This document shows, one piece after another, positions 37,324-46,430 of a DNA stretch of 64,000 bases (its first letter is position 1; every line of letters begins with the position of its first letter). The position numbers and the translations under genes are program-made. The stretch is from positions 4,427 through 68,426 of the forward strand of contig JAZFSR010000121.1 in NCBI GenBank assembly GCA_036446295.1, read 5' to 3'. This stretch comes from Candidatus Aminicenantaceae bacterium. Lineage in GTDB: Bacteria > Acidobacteriota > Aminicenantia > Aminicenantales > Aminicenantaceae. The notes under the pieces are model-generated. The model saw nothing but the letters and a program-made list of their open reading frames with translations. It ran no database searches and was not told the origin of the DNA.

Positions 37324-37596
37324 TAGCTAGATTATTAGAAATCAAACCTTGTCTTCTTCTTGAGATGAAGGCGGGACCCCTCCGCGGCGCACCTCCGTCC
37401 TCGCTCTGATCGCTGCGCGCAGAGATACACCGCTTCGCCCTTCCTTCATCTCCTTCAAGATAAATCTGATATAGGGATGCATACCTTTCGTAACACCTGC
37501 AGCAGAGTCGGATGGACGTCGAGAAGTGTGTCTCCGCCCGGAGCTTCAGCGAGGAATGGAGACATACCTCGTAAGGGTTCCGTCCGACTCTAAAAG
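37324..37596. repeat. ~270-nt GC-rich structured repeat (repeat A copy 1)
   Basis: About 90% identical to 42643-42913 in the same orientation. Contains nested stems, e.g. GAGATGAAGG…CCTTCATCTC and GAGTCGGATGGACG…CGTCCGACTC enclosing GTGTCTCC…GGAGACAT. Confidence 0.85.
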
Positions 37597-37607
37597 AAAT
37601 AAGGGAA

Positions 37608-38879
37608 ATGGAAAGACTTTCGCCTGTTTTCTCTCCAATTGACTTGGGAAGGCATATTTCTTATAGTGTCTATCTGATGGACAGGCAAAAAATCACGTCA
37701 GAATTGAGCTACGACACTCCTTCTAAAATCGTGCTGCTGGTTTTGGACGGCCTGGGAGGCCTGCCCATAAATGGAAAAACCGCCCTCCAAGCCGCAAAAA
37801 CTCCCCATCTCGATGCCTTGGCGGCCCGAAGTGTATGCGGGCTGACAGATCCTGTTTTTATGGGGATCACTCCAGGAAGCGGTCCCGCTCACCTCTCTCT
37901 ATTTGGATACGATCCCACGAAATACATCCTCGGCCGGGGCATCCTTGAAGCCATGGGCATAGGAGTGGACGTGGGAGAAAATGACCTTGTTGCCCGGGGA
38001 AATTTTGCCACACTCACAAACGGTCTTATCTCGGACCGCAGGGCCGGAAGGATTCCTTCCAGTGAAAACGCCCGTATCTGTGAAAAAATCAACAGGGAAT
38101 TAGGAACCGTCGAAGAGACAGATATCTCTCTTTTCCCCGGAAAAGAACACCGGTTTGTCGTCAGATTTAGAGGGGAAGGGCTCTCGGACTCTCTTTATGA
38201 TGCCGACCCTCAAAAAAATAACACGGCCCCGATATCCCCCGAAGCCAAAAAAGAGGAGGCCGAACGGGCCGCAAAGATCGTGAATGTCTTTATGGAGAAA
38301 ACAACTCTCCTCTTAAAGGATTCCCCAAAGGCCAATACCGTTCTTCTGCGCGGTTTTTCTAAGCTCCCCTCACTCCCGGCCATGGACAACCTGTTCCATC
38401 TGAAACCGGTCGCCGTGGCGCACTACCCCATGTACAGGGGTCTCGCCAAGCTAGTCGGTATGGAGATTGCTGAAGTTGGGCCAACAATCGAAGACGTCTT
38501 TACGACGGCCGAAAAAATCTATGAAGACTATAACTTCTTCTATCTGCACGTCAAAAAGCCGGATGCTGCCGGAGAAGATGGATGTTATGAAGAGAAGATA
38601 AAGGCTATTTCAGAAATCGATACATACATTCCCCGACTTCTGGCCCTTCATCCCGATGTCCTCGCCGTCACATCAGACCATTCCACGCCCTGTCTGCTCA
38701 AATCCCATTCCTGGCATCCTAATCCCTTTCTGCTTCATTCACGCACGGCTCAGCAGGACCAGGTGGAGACTTTCTCTGAAATACAGTGCGCTTCCGGATA
38801 CCTGGGCCGTTTTTCAGCCCTCAACACCATGCCCCTTTTAATGGCCCATGCGGAGAAGCTTAAAAAATATGGCGCCTAA
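37608..38879 (+). CDS. apgM: Cofactor-independent phosphoglycerate mutase, archaeal-type (ApgM family)
   Basis: 423 aa with a metalloenzyme-superfamily N-terminus …IVLLVLDGLGG… and an ApgM-like C-terminal domain. AAGGGA Shine-Dalgarno 6 nt upstream. Confidence 0.8.
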   Translation: MERLSPVFSPIDLGRHISYSVYLMDRQKITSELSYDTPSKIVLLVLDGLGGLPINGKTALQAAKTPHLDALAARSVCGLTDPVFMGITPGSGPAHLSLFGYDPTKYILGRGILEAMGIGVDVGENDLVARGNFATLTNGLISDRRAGRIPSSENARICEKINRELGTVEETDISLFPGKEHRFVVRFRGEGLSDSLYDADPQKNNTAPISPEAKKEEAERAAKIVNVFMEKTTLLLKDSPKANTVLLRGFSKLPSLPAMDNLFHLKPVAVAHYPMYRGLAKLVGMEIAEVGPTIEDVFTTAEKIYEDYNFFYLHVKKPDAAGEDGCYEEKIKAISEIDTYIPRLLALHPDVLAVTSDHSTPCLLKSHSWHPNPFLLHSRTAQQDQVETFSEIQCASGYLGRFSALNTMPLLMAHAEKLKKYGA

Positions 38880-40083
38880 ACCGCATGTGACAAGAATGCA
38901 GAAACCTAAGATTTTCTCTCTCCTATTCGGACCGCTGCTTTTCTTCTTCTGTTTCTCTCTTGTCCTTCTCTTTTCGCAGGGTGACACCCGTGTTGAAATC
39001 GCCAATCTTCGCTATCATATCCATCCCTCTTTTACACGGATTGTCCTAGACATCGGAAAGATCAGAGAGTTCAGCTCCAATCAGTTGACCTCGCCCGGCC
39101 GGGTCTATGTCGATATCTATCAAACCAAGCTCAATCCCATTCTCAAAGACAGAACCATTACGGTCAACAATGCCTACATCCACCAAATCCGGATTGCCCA
39201 GAGTACCAATTCAACCGTTAGGGTCGTCGTGGATGTGGACATCAATTCGGTCAAACGCTACGATGTGTTTCCTCTCCTTGATCCCTTCCGGATTGTCTTG
39301 GACATTTACCCAAAAGAGGCCTCTTCGACTCCCCCTGCTTCAAAAGTCAGCAAGACCCCCAAACCCACCTCCTCCGGATACAGCATGGTCCGACAGCTCG
39401 GATTGGGGATCCAGAGGATTGTCATCGATCCAGGACACGGAGGAAAAGATCCGGGGTGCATCGGAAAAAAGGGCACCTATGAAAAGGATATAGTCCTGGA
39501 TATCTGCATTCGCCTGAAGAAACTCCTACTCCAGAACAAGGGACTCGAAATTATCCTCACAAGGGAGACAGACATCTTCGTTCCCCTGGAATACAGGGTT
39601 AAGATCGCCAACCAGAAAAAGGCTGATATTTTCATCTCCGTACATGCCAACTCCTACCCGAACAGGAAACGCGCCGGAGTCGAAACCTACTACCTCAATT
39701 TCAGCCGGGATCCGGATGTGCTCGAAGTCGCCGCCCGGGAAAATGCCACCGTCACCAAAAACATCAGCCAACTAGGAGAAATCCTGGAAGAAATCATCCG
39801 GACCAGCAAACTCTTGGAATCGAGAGATCTCGCCAACCGCCTACAAAAAAACCTGGTCACACGGCTTGCCTTAAAATACAAAGAGGTCAAGAACTTAGGC
39901 GTCAAAGGGGGCCCGTTCTGGGTTCTGAAGGGAGGAGAAATGCCGTCCGTTCTTGTGGAAATTTCCCATCTCAGCAATCCACTCGAAGAAGAACGGCTCA
40001 ACACCACCCAATACCGTCAAGCGGTCGCCCAAGGAATCTACGAAGGAATCCTTCAATATATAGAATCGCTAGGAAAAGGATGA
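38869..40083 (+). CDS. N-acetylmuramoyl-L-alanine amidase (Amidase_3) with N-terminal TM/AMIN-like region
   Basis: The catalytic domain VIDPGHGGKDPG…ISVHANS…ETYYL is clear. The exact start is ambiguous (Met at 38848, 38869 or 38896). Confidence 0.75.
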   Translation: MAPKPHVTRMQKPKIFSLLFGPLLFFFCFSLVLLFSQGDTRVEIANLRYHIHPSFTRIVLDIGKIREFSSNQLTSPGRVYVDIYQTKLNPILKDRTITVNNAYIHQIRIAQSTNSTVRVVVDVDINSVKRYDVFPLLDPFRIVLDIYPKEASSTPPASKVSKTPKPTSSGYSMVRQLGLGIQRIVIDPGHGGKDPGCIGKKGTYEKDIVLDICIRLKKLLLQNKGLEIILTRETDIFVPLEYRVKIANQKKADIFISVHANSYPNRKRAGVETYYLNFSRDPDVLEVAARENATVTKNISQLGEILEEIIRTSKLLESRDLANRLQKNLVTRLALKYKEVKNLGVKGGPFWVLKGGEMPSVLVEISHLSNPLEEERLNTTQYRQAVAQGIYEGILQYIESLGKG

Positions 40084-40089
40084 TCGGCC

Positions 40090-40977
40090 ATGAAGAGAAG
40101 AGAATTCATCAAAGATCTTGCCATCGGAGGCCTGGTCCTCAATCTGAATCCCCAAATATATGCGCAGGGATCGAGCTCACCTGATCTGGCTGTTATTATG
40201 GGAGACTCGCCTGCTCTCATCACCCAAGAGGCTGTTTCCGCGCTGGGTGGAATGAAACGTTTTGTCTCAAAGGGAGACAAAGTGATGGTCAAACCCAACA
40301 TTGGCTGGGATAGGACTCCGGAACAGGGAGCCTGCACCAATCCCGAAGTTGTAAAAACTCTCGTCGAACTCTGCTTTGATGCGGGAGCTAAACAGGTCAC
40401 GGTCATGGACAATCCCTGCAATCCTGCTCAGAGGACATACGTACGTTCAGGAATTGCCAAGGCGGCCAAGGCTGCCGGTGCCAAAACACCGTTCCCCAAC
40501 AAGTTCAAGCTGAAAAAACTGGCCCTCAATGGAGAATGGTTTAAAGAATGGGATATCTACACCGACTTCACCGAAGTGGACAAGATCATCAATGTCCCCG
40601 CAGCTAAAACTCACAGCCTTTCAAGGATCACGCTGGGCATGAAAAACTGGCTCGGAGCCCTGGGAGGCAACCGCAGTCAACTCCATCAAAACCTGGACTA
40701 TGCCATGGTCGATCTCGCCCGATTCTTCAAACCCACTTTGACCGTGCTCGATGCCTACCGCCTGCTGATCCGAAACGGACCACAGGGCGGCAGGCTTTCC
40801 GATGTTAAAGTTTTTAAAACCATAGTGGCCGGTGTGGACTATGTCGCCGTTGACGCTATGGGGGCAACCTTTTTCGACATCAAACCAGAAGAACTTCCCT
40901 ACCTCCAGCTGTCCAAGGAAAGAGGGATGGGAGAAATTGACCTGGAGAAACTAAACGTTGAAAAAAGAACGGTCTAA
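40090..40977 (+). CDS. DUF362 domain protein with twin-arginine signal
   Basis: 295 aa. N-terminal MKRREFIKDLAIGGLVL… is a Tat motif. The remainder matches the DUF362 family that commonly accompanies ferredoxins. Confidence 0.75.
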   Translation: MKRREFIKDLAIGGLVLNLNPQIYAQGSSSPDLAVIMGDSPALITQEAVSALGGMKRFVSKGDKVMVKPNIGWDRTPEQGACTNPEVVKTLVELCFDAGAKQVTVMDNPCNPAQRTYVRSGIAKAAKAAGAKTPFPNKFKLKKLALNGEWFKEWDIYTDFTEVDKIINVPAAKTHSLSRITLGMKNWLGALGGNRSQLHQNLDYAMVDLARFFKPTLTVLDAYRLLIRNGPQGGRLSDVKVFKTIVAGVDYVAVDAMGATFFDIKPEELPYLQLSKERGMGEIDLEKLNVEKRTV

Positions 40978-42586
40978 AAAATACAAGCTCATCCAGACTC
41001 TTAGAATTATCACCCAGATAGGTTTTTTCTGCTTGTTCTTTTTTCTCCTTATGCAAACCCGATTTCTCGGACAGGACTACATCGGCCGGGTGGAAATATT
41101 TTTTCACTTCGATCCCCTGCTGGCAGTCGCCACCTTTATCGCCTCCCGCGCCATCTTCCTTGCTTTTGTGTATGCCGCCATCACTCTTATAGTCACCGTT
41201 GTGCTTGGGCGGGTCGTGTGTGGCTGGGTCTGTCCTTTAGGATCTCTGCATCAGTTTTTTTCCTGGATTTTCAAAAAGACAAAACTGCTCCGCCCTGAGA
41301 GACTTAAGACAGTCAAAGACAAGCGCCTTGCCTGGAAATATTATCTTCTTATCTTCCTTCTGGTCAGCACTTTCTTTACCCTGGATTTGGTCGGAATTTT
41401 TGATCCCTTCTCTCTTCTCTACCGGTCTTTTATCTTAGGATTCCTTCCTGCCATCGATTTTACCATTGAAAATCTGATTGGGGTTTTGTACAAAATCAAT
41501 CTCTCCTCAATCGGGGACGGGCTCGTTCAATTTTTTGAAACCCTGGCAATTAATGCCATTTTCATCCAGGGAGCTTTAATCGCCGCTATCTTCATCGGCC
41601 TGGTGCTGTTGAATATGCACAGGGAAAGATTCTGGTGCCGGTATCTCTGTCCACTTGGTGCTTTTCTCGGTCTGGCCAGCCGATTTAATCTCCTCAAGCT
41701 TAAAGTGTCAGAAAAAAAATGCATCAAATGCAACCTGTGTACCATACACTGTCAAACTTTGGCCAATCCCTGGCCCAATGAAGATTGGAAGAGTTCGGAG
41801 TGCGATTACTGCTTCACCTGCAGCGCAATCTGTCCGACCAACGCCATCACTTTTCCCGTTAAAGCCAAATCCGAGAGCATCGATGCTGTCGATCTCTCCC
41901 GCCGGAAAGTTATTCTGACCTCTTTAATGAGCATCGTCGCCGTGCCCTTTTTTCGGATTTCTCCGGCGAAAATCCGGGCTTCGGAAAAATTGATACGGCC
42001 TCCCGGAGCCCTTCCTGAAGCCCAATTCCTTCAGAAATGTGTCCGATGTGGTGAATGCATGAAGGTCTGCCCAACCAACGCCCTGCAGCCGGCTTGGACA
42101 GAAGCCGGACCGGAAGGGCTCTGGACACCCATGCTCGTTCCCAAGATCGGGTACTGTGAACACTACTGCTCTCTCTGCACCCAGGTCTGTCCGACCGGAG
42201 CCATCAAAGCCCTGTCAATCGCCGCAAAAAATCAGATCTGTATCGGAACAGCCTGGATCGATAAGAACCGCTGTATTCCCTGGATATACGGGGACTCCTG
42301 CATTGTCTGTGAGGAACACTGTCCCGTCTCCCCTAAAGCCATCAAGTTCATCAAAATCGAAGTCCCCCTCCCCGACGGGGTGATCAAAACCCCACTGGCC
42401 CCACAAATTGAAGTGGACAGCTGCACGGGATGCGGTATATGTGAAACAAAATGCCCCGTGGTCGATTTGCCTGCCATCTATATAACGAGTGTGGGGGAAA
42501 CCCGGTCAGAGCAGAATCAGATGCGGCTGGAATTGATCCAACCCGAATTCAATATCATCGATCCCGGTGAAGATATCTTCAAGTAA
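40958..42586 (+). CDS. Membrane-bound polyferredoxin (4Fe-4S binding protein, NapH/MauN-like)
   Basis: 542 aa. N-terminal TM helices with CGWVCPLG, then at least four CxxCxxCxxxCP clusters. Confidence 0.75.
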   Translation: MKKERSKKYKLIQTLRIITQIGFFCLFFFLLMQTRFLGQDYIGRVEIFFHFDPLLAVATFIASRAIFLAFVYAAITLIVTVVLGRVVCGWVCPLGSLHQFFSWIFKKTKLLRPERLKTVKDKRLAWKYYLLIFLLVSTFFTLDLVGIFDPFSLLYRSFILGFLPAIDFTIENLIGVLYKINLSSIGDGLVQFFETLAINAIFIQGALIAAIFIGLVLLNMHRERFWCRYLCPLGAFLGLASRFNLLKLKVSEKKCIKCNLCTIHCQTLANPWPNEDWKSSECDYCFTCSAICPTNAITFPVKAKSESIDAVDLSRRKVILTSLMSIVAVPFFRISPAKIRASEKLIRPPGALPEAQFLQKCVRCGECMKVCPTNALQPAWTEAGPEGLWTPMLVPKIGYCEHYCSLCTQVCPTGAIKALSIAAKNQICIGTAWIDKNRCIPWIYGDSCIVCEEHCPVSPKAIKFIKIEVPLPDGVIKTPLAPQIEVDSCTGCGICETKCPVVDLPAIYITSVGETRSEQNQMRLELIQPEFNIIDPGEDIFK

Positions 42587-42642
42587 TCTTTCCTCAAGAA
42601 GGCCTCTCTGTTTTCACTATAGGAGCAGAGTTCTGTAAAGTG

Positions 42643-42913
42643 ATTAGAAATCACGCTTTGTTATCTTCTGCTGGAGATGAAGGCGGGACCCCTTCCGCGG
42701 CGCACCTCCGTCCTCACTCCTCCGTCGTTGCGCGCAGAGATACACCGCTTCGCCCTCCCTTCATCTCTATCAAGATAGATCGGCTTGAGAAGGATGCATA
42801 CCTTTCGTAACACCTGCCGTTGAGTCGGATGGACGTCGAGAAGTGTGTCTCCGCCCGGAAGCTTTAGCGAGGAATGGAGACATACCTCGTAAGGGTTCCG
42901 TCCGACTCTCAAA
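42643..42913. repeat. ~270-nt GC-rich structured repeat (repeat A copy 2)
   Basis: See 37324-37596. Lies between the convergent polyferredoxin (+) and etfA (-) genes. Confidence 0.85.
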
Positions 42914-42955
42914 TTAACACGGAGGAACTACGGATTTCTCCAACATCTTCTCTAG

Positions 42956-43933
42956 TCATTCAGAAAGGAGTTTTTTGAGTTCGTCTTTAAGCAGCGGGAG
43001 GATCTGGAAGAGATCACCAATCACACCGAAGTCGGCCACTCTGAAAATCGGGGCCTCAGGATCCTTGTTGACGGCCACTATGACCTTCGACGAGGACATC
43101 CCTGCGATGTGCTGGATGGCTCCCGAAATACCAAAAGCAAAATAGATGTTTGGTGACACGGTTTTCCCTGTCTGTCCGACCTGATGCTGGTGGTCGATCC
43201 AACCGGCATCAACGGCCGAACGAGATGCCCCGACTGCTGCGTGAGGAAGGATGGAAGTGAGCTCCCGCAGTAAATCAAAATTTTCCGGGCCCTTCATCCC
43301 GCGTCCACCCGAAACCACAATTTCCGCCTCGGTCACATCCAGGGCCGTACCTTCCGTCTTGAGTCGTTCGACAACCTGATCCATCACCTTCTCTTCCGCC
43401 AAAGCCACGTCTTTCTTGACCAATTCCCCCCGAGTATCAAGGGGCTCAATCAGGGGAAACACATTGGGCCGAAGTGAGGCCATCACGGGAGAAGATTTAA
43501 AAGAGAACGTTGCCAAGACCCTGCCTGCGTAGATCGGCCGGACGACTTCCAGTTTCCCGCTGTTGACCGTCAGCCGGATACAATCCGTTGCCAGGCTCAC
43601 ACCAAGGCTTGCCGCCAATCGAGGCGCCAGATCCTTGCCCATCGCCGTGGCCGAGAAGAGGACTGCGGCAGGTTTGAGTTCATCTATTAAAACTTTGAGG
43701 GCCAAGGCAAAGCCTGAGGGAGAATAGTGGCTTAGCAGCGTATTCTCCAGAACAAACACCTTTGAGGCCCCATAGCGGAATACTTCTGAAGAGAAATCTT
43801 CAACATTGTGCCCCAAGATAGCCGCAGCAACAGCCAGGTTCATCTCATCGGCCCGTCTCTTGGCTTCAGAAAGAACCTCCAGTGAAGATTTCTTGATTTT
43901 CCCGTCCCTTATTTCTATGTAAACTAAAAACAT
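42956..43933 (-). CDS. etfA: Electron transfer flavoprotein alpha subunit
   Basis: 325 aa with an N-terminal ETF domain and a C-terminal FAD-binding region …[17 protein letters not shown]…. Confidence 0.9.
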   Translation of the reverse strand: MFLVYIEIRDGKIKKSSLEVLSEAKRRADEMNLAVAAAILGHNVEDFSSEVFRYGASKVFVLENTLLSHYSPSGFALALKVLIDELKPAAVLFSATAMGKDLAPRLAASLGVSLATDCIRLTVNSGKLEVVRPIYAGRVLATFSFKSSPVMASLRPNVFPLIEPLDTRGELVKKDVALAEEKVMDQVVERLKTEGTALDVTEAEIVVSGGRGMKGPENFDLLRELTSILPHAAVGASRSAVDAGWIDHQHQVGQTGKTVSPNIYFAFGISGAIQHIAGMSSSKVIVAVNKDPEAPIFRVADFGVIGDLFQILPLLKDELKKLLSE

Positions 43934-43942
43934 CGATTCCTC

Positions 43943-44725
43943 CTATAAAACCTTTGCTTCTTCTCTCAAAAATTCGACAATTTTTTTTGCCGCCACATCC
44001 GGTTCCTCTTCGATAACCTCTCCGTCTCCTCTCAGGGGAGGGCTCTCCATTTTGATAAGCTCGAGCATAGGAGCCAGTTGATCCTCATCAAGTCCCAATT
44101 CCTCCACTTTAACGACGGGAATCTCCTTCCTTTTGGCCGCCATAATCCCCTTTAATGTTTCATAGCGGGGTTCATTCAATCCTTTTTGGGCGCTGATTAC
44201 GGCAGGAAGTGTAAATGCGACTTTTTCTACTGCGCCTTCTATCTCCCGGTAAGCACTTCCGGTATTTCCCTCTATCTCCAGTTTGGTCACCACGTTTACC
44301 TGCGGGAGTCCAAGCCCTTCCGCCACCATTGATGGAATCTGGGAATTATCTGCCCCGACGGACTGCTTCCCGAACAAAAGAAGATTATAATCAGAATATT
44401 TTGTCCGGAGGACCTGGACAAGAATGCGTGCTGTCCGCAGTCCATCGTATGTTTCTTTTAACTCGTCCTTTAAAAGCACCGCCTCATCTGCACCCATGGC
44501 CAACGCCTTTTTCAAAATGGGGATGCTGTCATCCGAGCCTACGGAAAATACGGTCACAGTGGTCTCCCCGGCTTCTTTGAGACGAAGGGCCTCTTCGACG
44601 GCATATTCATCATAAGGATTGATCACAAAGCTCAATCCTTCTTCTATGATACTGTTGGCTGCATGGTCTATTCTGATTTTGGATTCGGTATCTGGAACTC
44701 TTTTTACAAATACAAAAATATTCAA
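43943..44725 (-). CDS. etfB: Electron transfer flavoprotein beta subunit
   Basis: 260 aa, MNIFVFVKRVPDTESKIRID… is the typical EtfB. Confidence 0.9.
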   Translation of the reverse strand: MNIFVFVKRVPDTESKIRIDHAANSIIEEGLSFVINPYDEYAVEEALRLKEAGETTVTVFSVGSDDSIPILKKALAMGADEAVLLKDELKETYDGLRTARILVQVLRTKYSDYNLLLFGKQSVGADNSQIPSMVAEGLGLPQVNVVTKLEIEGNTGSAYREIEGAVEKVAFTLPAVISAQKGLNEPRYETLKGIMAAKRKEIPVVKVEELGLDEDQLAPMLELIKMESPPLRGDGEVIEEEPDVAAKKIVEFLREEAKVL

Positions 44726-44769
44726 TTAGACCTCCTTATAAATAATCTTATTTATATGTATGAAAAAAT

Positions 44770-44798
44770 ATTATATTTTTTTTACCGATGCCGGTCAA
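44770..44798 (-). promoter_or_regulatory. Candidate sigma70 promoter for etfBA (TTGACC-17-TATAAT)
   Basis: Read on the minus strand ~45 nt upstream of the etfB ATG. Confidence 0.4.
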
Positions 44799-44823
44799 AT
44801 ATTGAATGAAAATGAGGATACAT

Positions 44824-44846
44824 CATCTTCTGCATGAGATGAAGGG
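44824..44846. repeat. Partial third copy of the 5' end of repeat A (ATCTTCTGCATGAGATGAAGG)
   Basis: Matches the first ~22 nt of the repeat A core (TCTTCT.C.TGAGATGAAGG) and is followed by a G8 run. Confidence 0.5.
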
Positions 44847-44861
44847 GGGGGTTAGGAGTTT

Positions 44862-46121
44862 TTATTCAGGCAAATAGCGTTTCAGGAGAAGAGTAGCATT
44901 CGTTCCCCCAAAACCGAAGGAATTGGACAGGCCAAAATTAATGCTCGCTTTCCGCGCTGTATTAGGCACATAATCCAGGTCACATTCAGGGTCCGCGGTC
45001 TCATAGTTGATCGTGGGTGGCATGATCTGGTTGTATAGAACTAAGGCCGTAATCCCTGCCTCAATACCTCCCGCAGCACCAAGAAGATGCCCGGTCATGG
45101 ATTTTGTGGAACTGATGGCAATCTTGTTTGCGTGATCCCCAAAGACTTTTTTGATCGCCAGAGTTTCAATTTTATCATTATAGAACGTGGACGTGCCGTG
45201 CGCATTGATATAATCAACGGCCTCGGGAGGGATTCCGGCATCTTTGATCGCCTCTCTCATCGACAACTGGGCTCCGGCCCCATCCAGCTGCGGAGAAGAC
45301 ACATGATAGGCATCCCCGCTCATCCCGTAGCCGGTGATTTCAGCATAAATCTTGGCTCCTCGTTTTTTCGCCGTTTCCAACTCCTCAAGAAGAAGGATTC
45401 CGGCGCCCTCTGACATGACAAAGCCGTCTCTGTCTTTGTCGAAAGGCCGGGACGCCTTTTGGGGTTCATTATTCCTTGTCGACAGGGCTCTCATGGCACA
45501 AAATCCAGCAATTCCCAGCGGTGTCAGCGGCGCTTCCGCGCCCCCGGCAATCATCCGGTCCGCATCGCCTCTGGCAATCATCCGAAAGGCATCCCCCACG
45601 GCGTGAGAACTAGTCGAACACGCCGTGCAAGTGGCCGAATTGGGTCCTTTGGCTCTGAACCGGATGGAGATCTGTCCGGCAGCTTCATTGATAATCGATG
45701 AGATTAAAAAGAAGGGAGAAACTCTTGTGGGGCCCTTTTCTAGAAGCAACTTGTGGTTTTCTTCGATCGCCCCGATCCCGCCAATTCCCGAGCCCACACA
45801 GACTCCCGTTCGCTCTCCGGAGAGAACCTCGGGATCGATTCCGGACATATCGACAGCAATTTGAGCCGCGACCACACCAAACTGGATAAAGGGGTCCATC
45901 TTTCGAACCTCTTTCCTCTCGATGAATTGGAGGGGATCGAAATCTTTGACCTCTCCTGCAATTGTCGTTGTAAATCCCGCAGTGTCGAACCTTGAAATAT
46001 ATCCAATTCCGCTTTTTCCTTCAAGAAGAGACGCCCAGGTTTCCTCCGTCCCGACGCCCAAGGCGGAAACCATCCCAATTCCGGTGATTACGACTCTACG
46101 AATTGAAGGATTCTGTCCCAT
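44862..46121 (-). CDS. fabF: 3-oxoacyl-[ACP] synthase II
   Basis: 419 aa with the KAS II catalytic triad context (…ACSTSSHA…, …HGTST…, …GHLLGAAG…). Confidence 0.95.
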   Translation of the reverse strand: MGQNPSIRRVVITGIGMVSALGVGTEETWASLLEGKSGIGYISRFDTAGFTTTIAGEVKDFDPLQFIERKEVRKMDPFIQFGVVAAQIAVDMSGIDPEVLSGERTGVCVGSGIGGIGAIEENHKLLLEKGPTRVSPFFLISSIINEAAGQISIRFRAKGPNSATCTACSTSSHAVGDAFRMIARGDADRMIAGGAEAPLTPLGIAGFCAMRALSTRNNEPQKASRPFDKDRDGFVMSEGAGILLLEELETAKKRGAKIYAEITGYGMSGDAYHVSSPQLDGAGAQLSMREAIKDAGIPPEAVDYINAHGTSTFYNDKIETLAIKKVFGDHANKIAISSTKSMTGHLLGAAGGIEAGITALVLYNQIMPPTINYETADPECDLDYVPNTARKASINFGLSNSFGFGGTNATLLLKRYLPE

Positions 46122-46142
46122 AGTTCAATTTAAAAAGATCTT

Positions 46143-46385
46143 CTATTTCATGTGTTCTAAAACGTAATCCATAGCTCCACCAACAGTGGTGAGTTTTTCA
46201 GCAGCTTCATCAGGAATGTCCATATTGAATTCATCTTCAAGGGCCATGACCAACTCGACCGTATCCAGTGAATCGGCACCCAAATCATCGATGAAAGAGG
46301 CTTCTTCGGTAATCTGGTCTTCACTGATGCTCAGCTTATCAGCCACGATAGCCTTTATTTTCTTAATTAATTCATCTCTTTCCAT
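46143..46385 (-). CDS. acpP: Acyl carrier protein
   Basis: 80 aa with a DLGADSLD phosphopantetheine attachment site. Confidence 0.92.
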   Translation of the reverse strand: MERDELIKKIKAIVADKLSISEDQITEEASFIDDLGADSLDTVELVMALEDEFNMDIPDEAAEKLTTVGGAMDYVLEHMK

Positions 46386-46430
46386 TTTTTTTCTCCTCTG
46401 TTGAAAATCTTTCTTTAATATTTATCCGGA

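Noticed and set aside
37324-37596. Riboswitch/5'-leader interpretation of repeat A
   Set aside because: Only copy 1 is followed by a same-strand gene. Copy 2 and the partial copy lie between convergent gene ends or upstream of minus-strand genes. I found no match to riboswitch consensus sequences I know (TPP, B12, SAM, FMN, glycine, lysine, ZTP, c-di-GMP, T-box). It remains possible for copy 1 alone.
42661-42912. 83-aa minus-strand ORF inside repeat A copy 2
   Set aside because: The homologous copy 1 does not maintain the frame (indels between copies), and the sequence looks like structured RNA rather than coding. Kept as a repeat instead.
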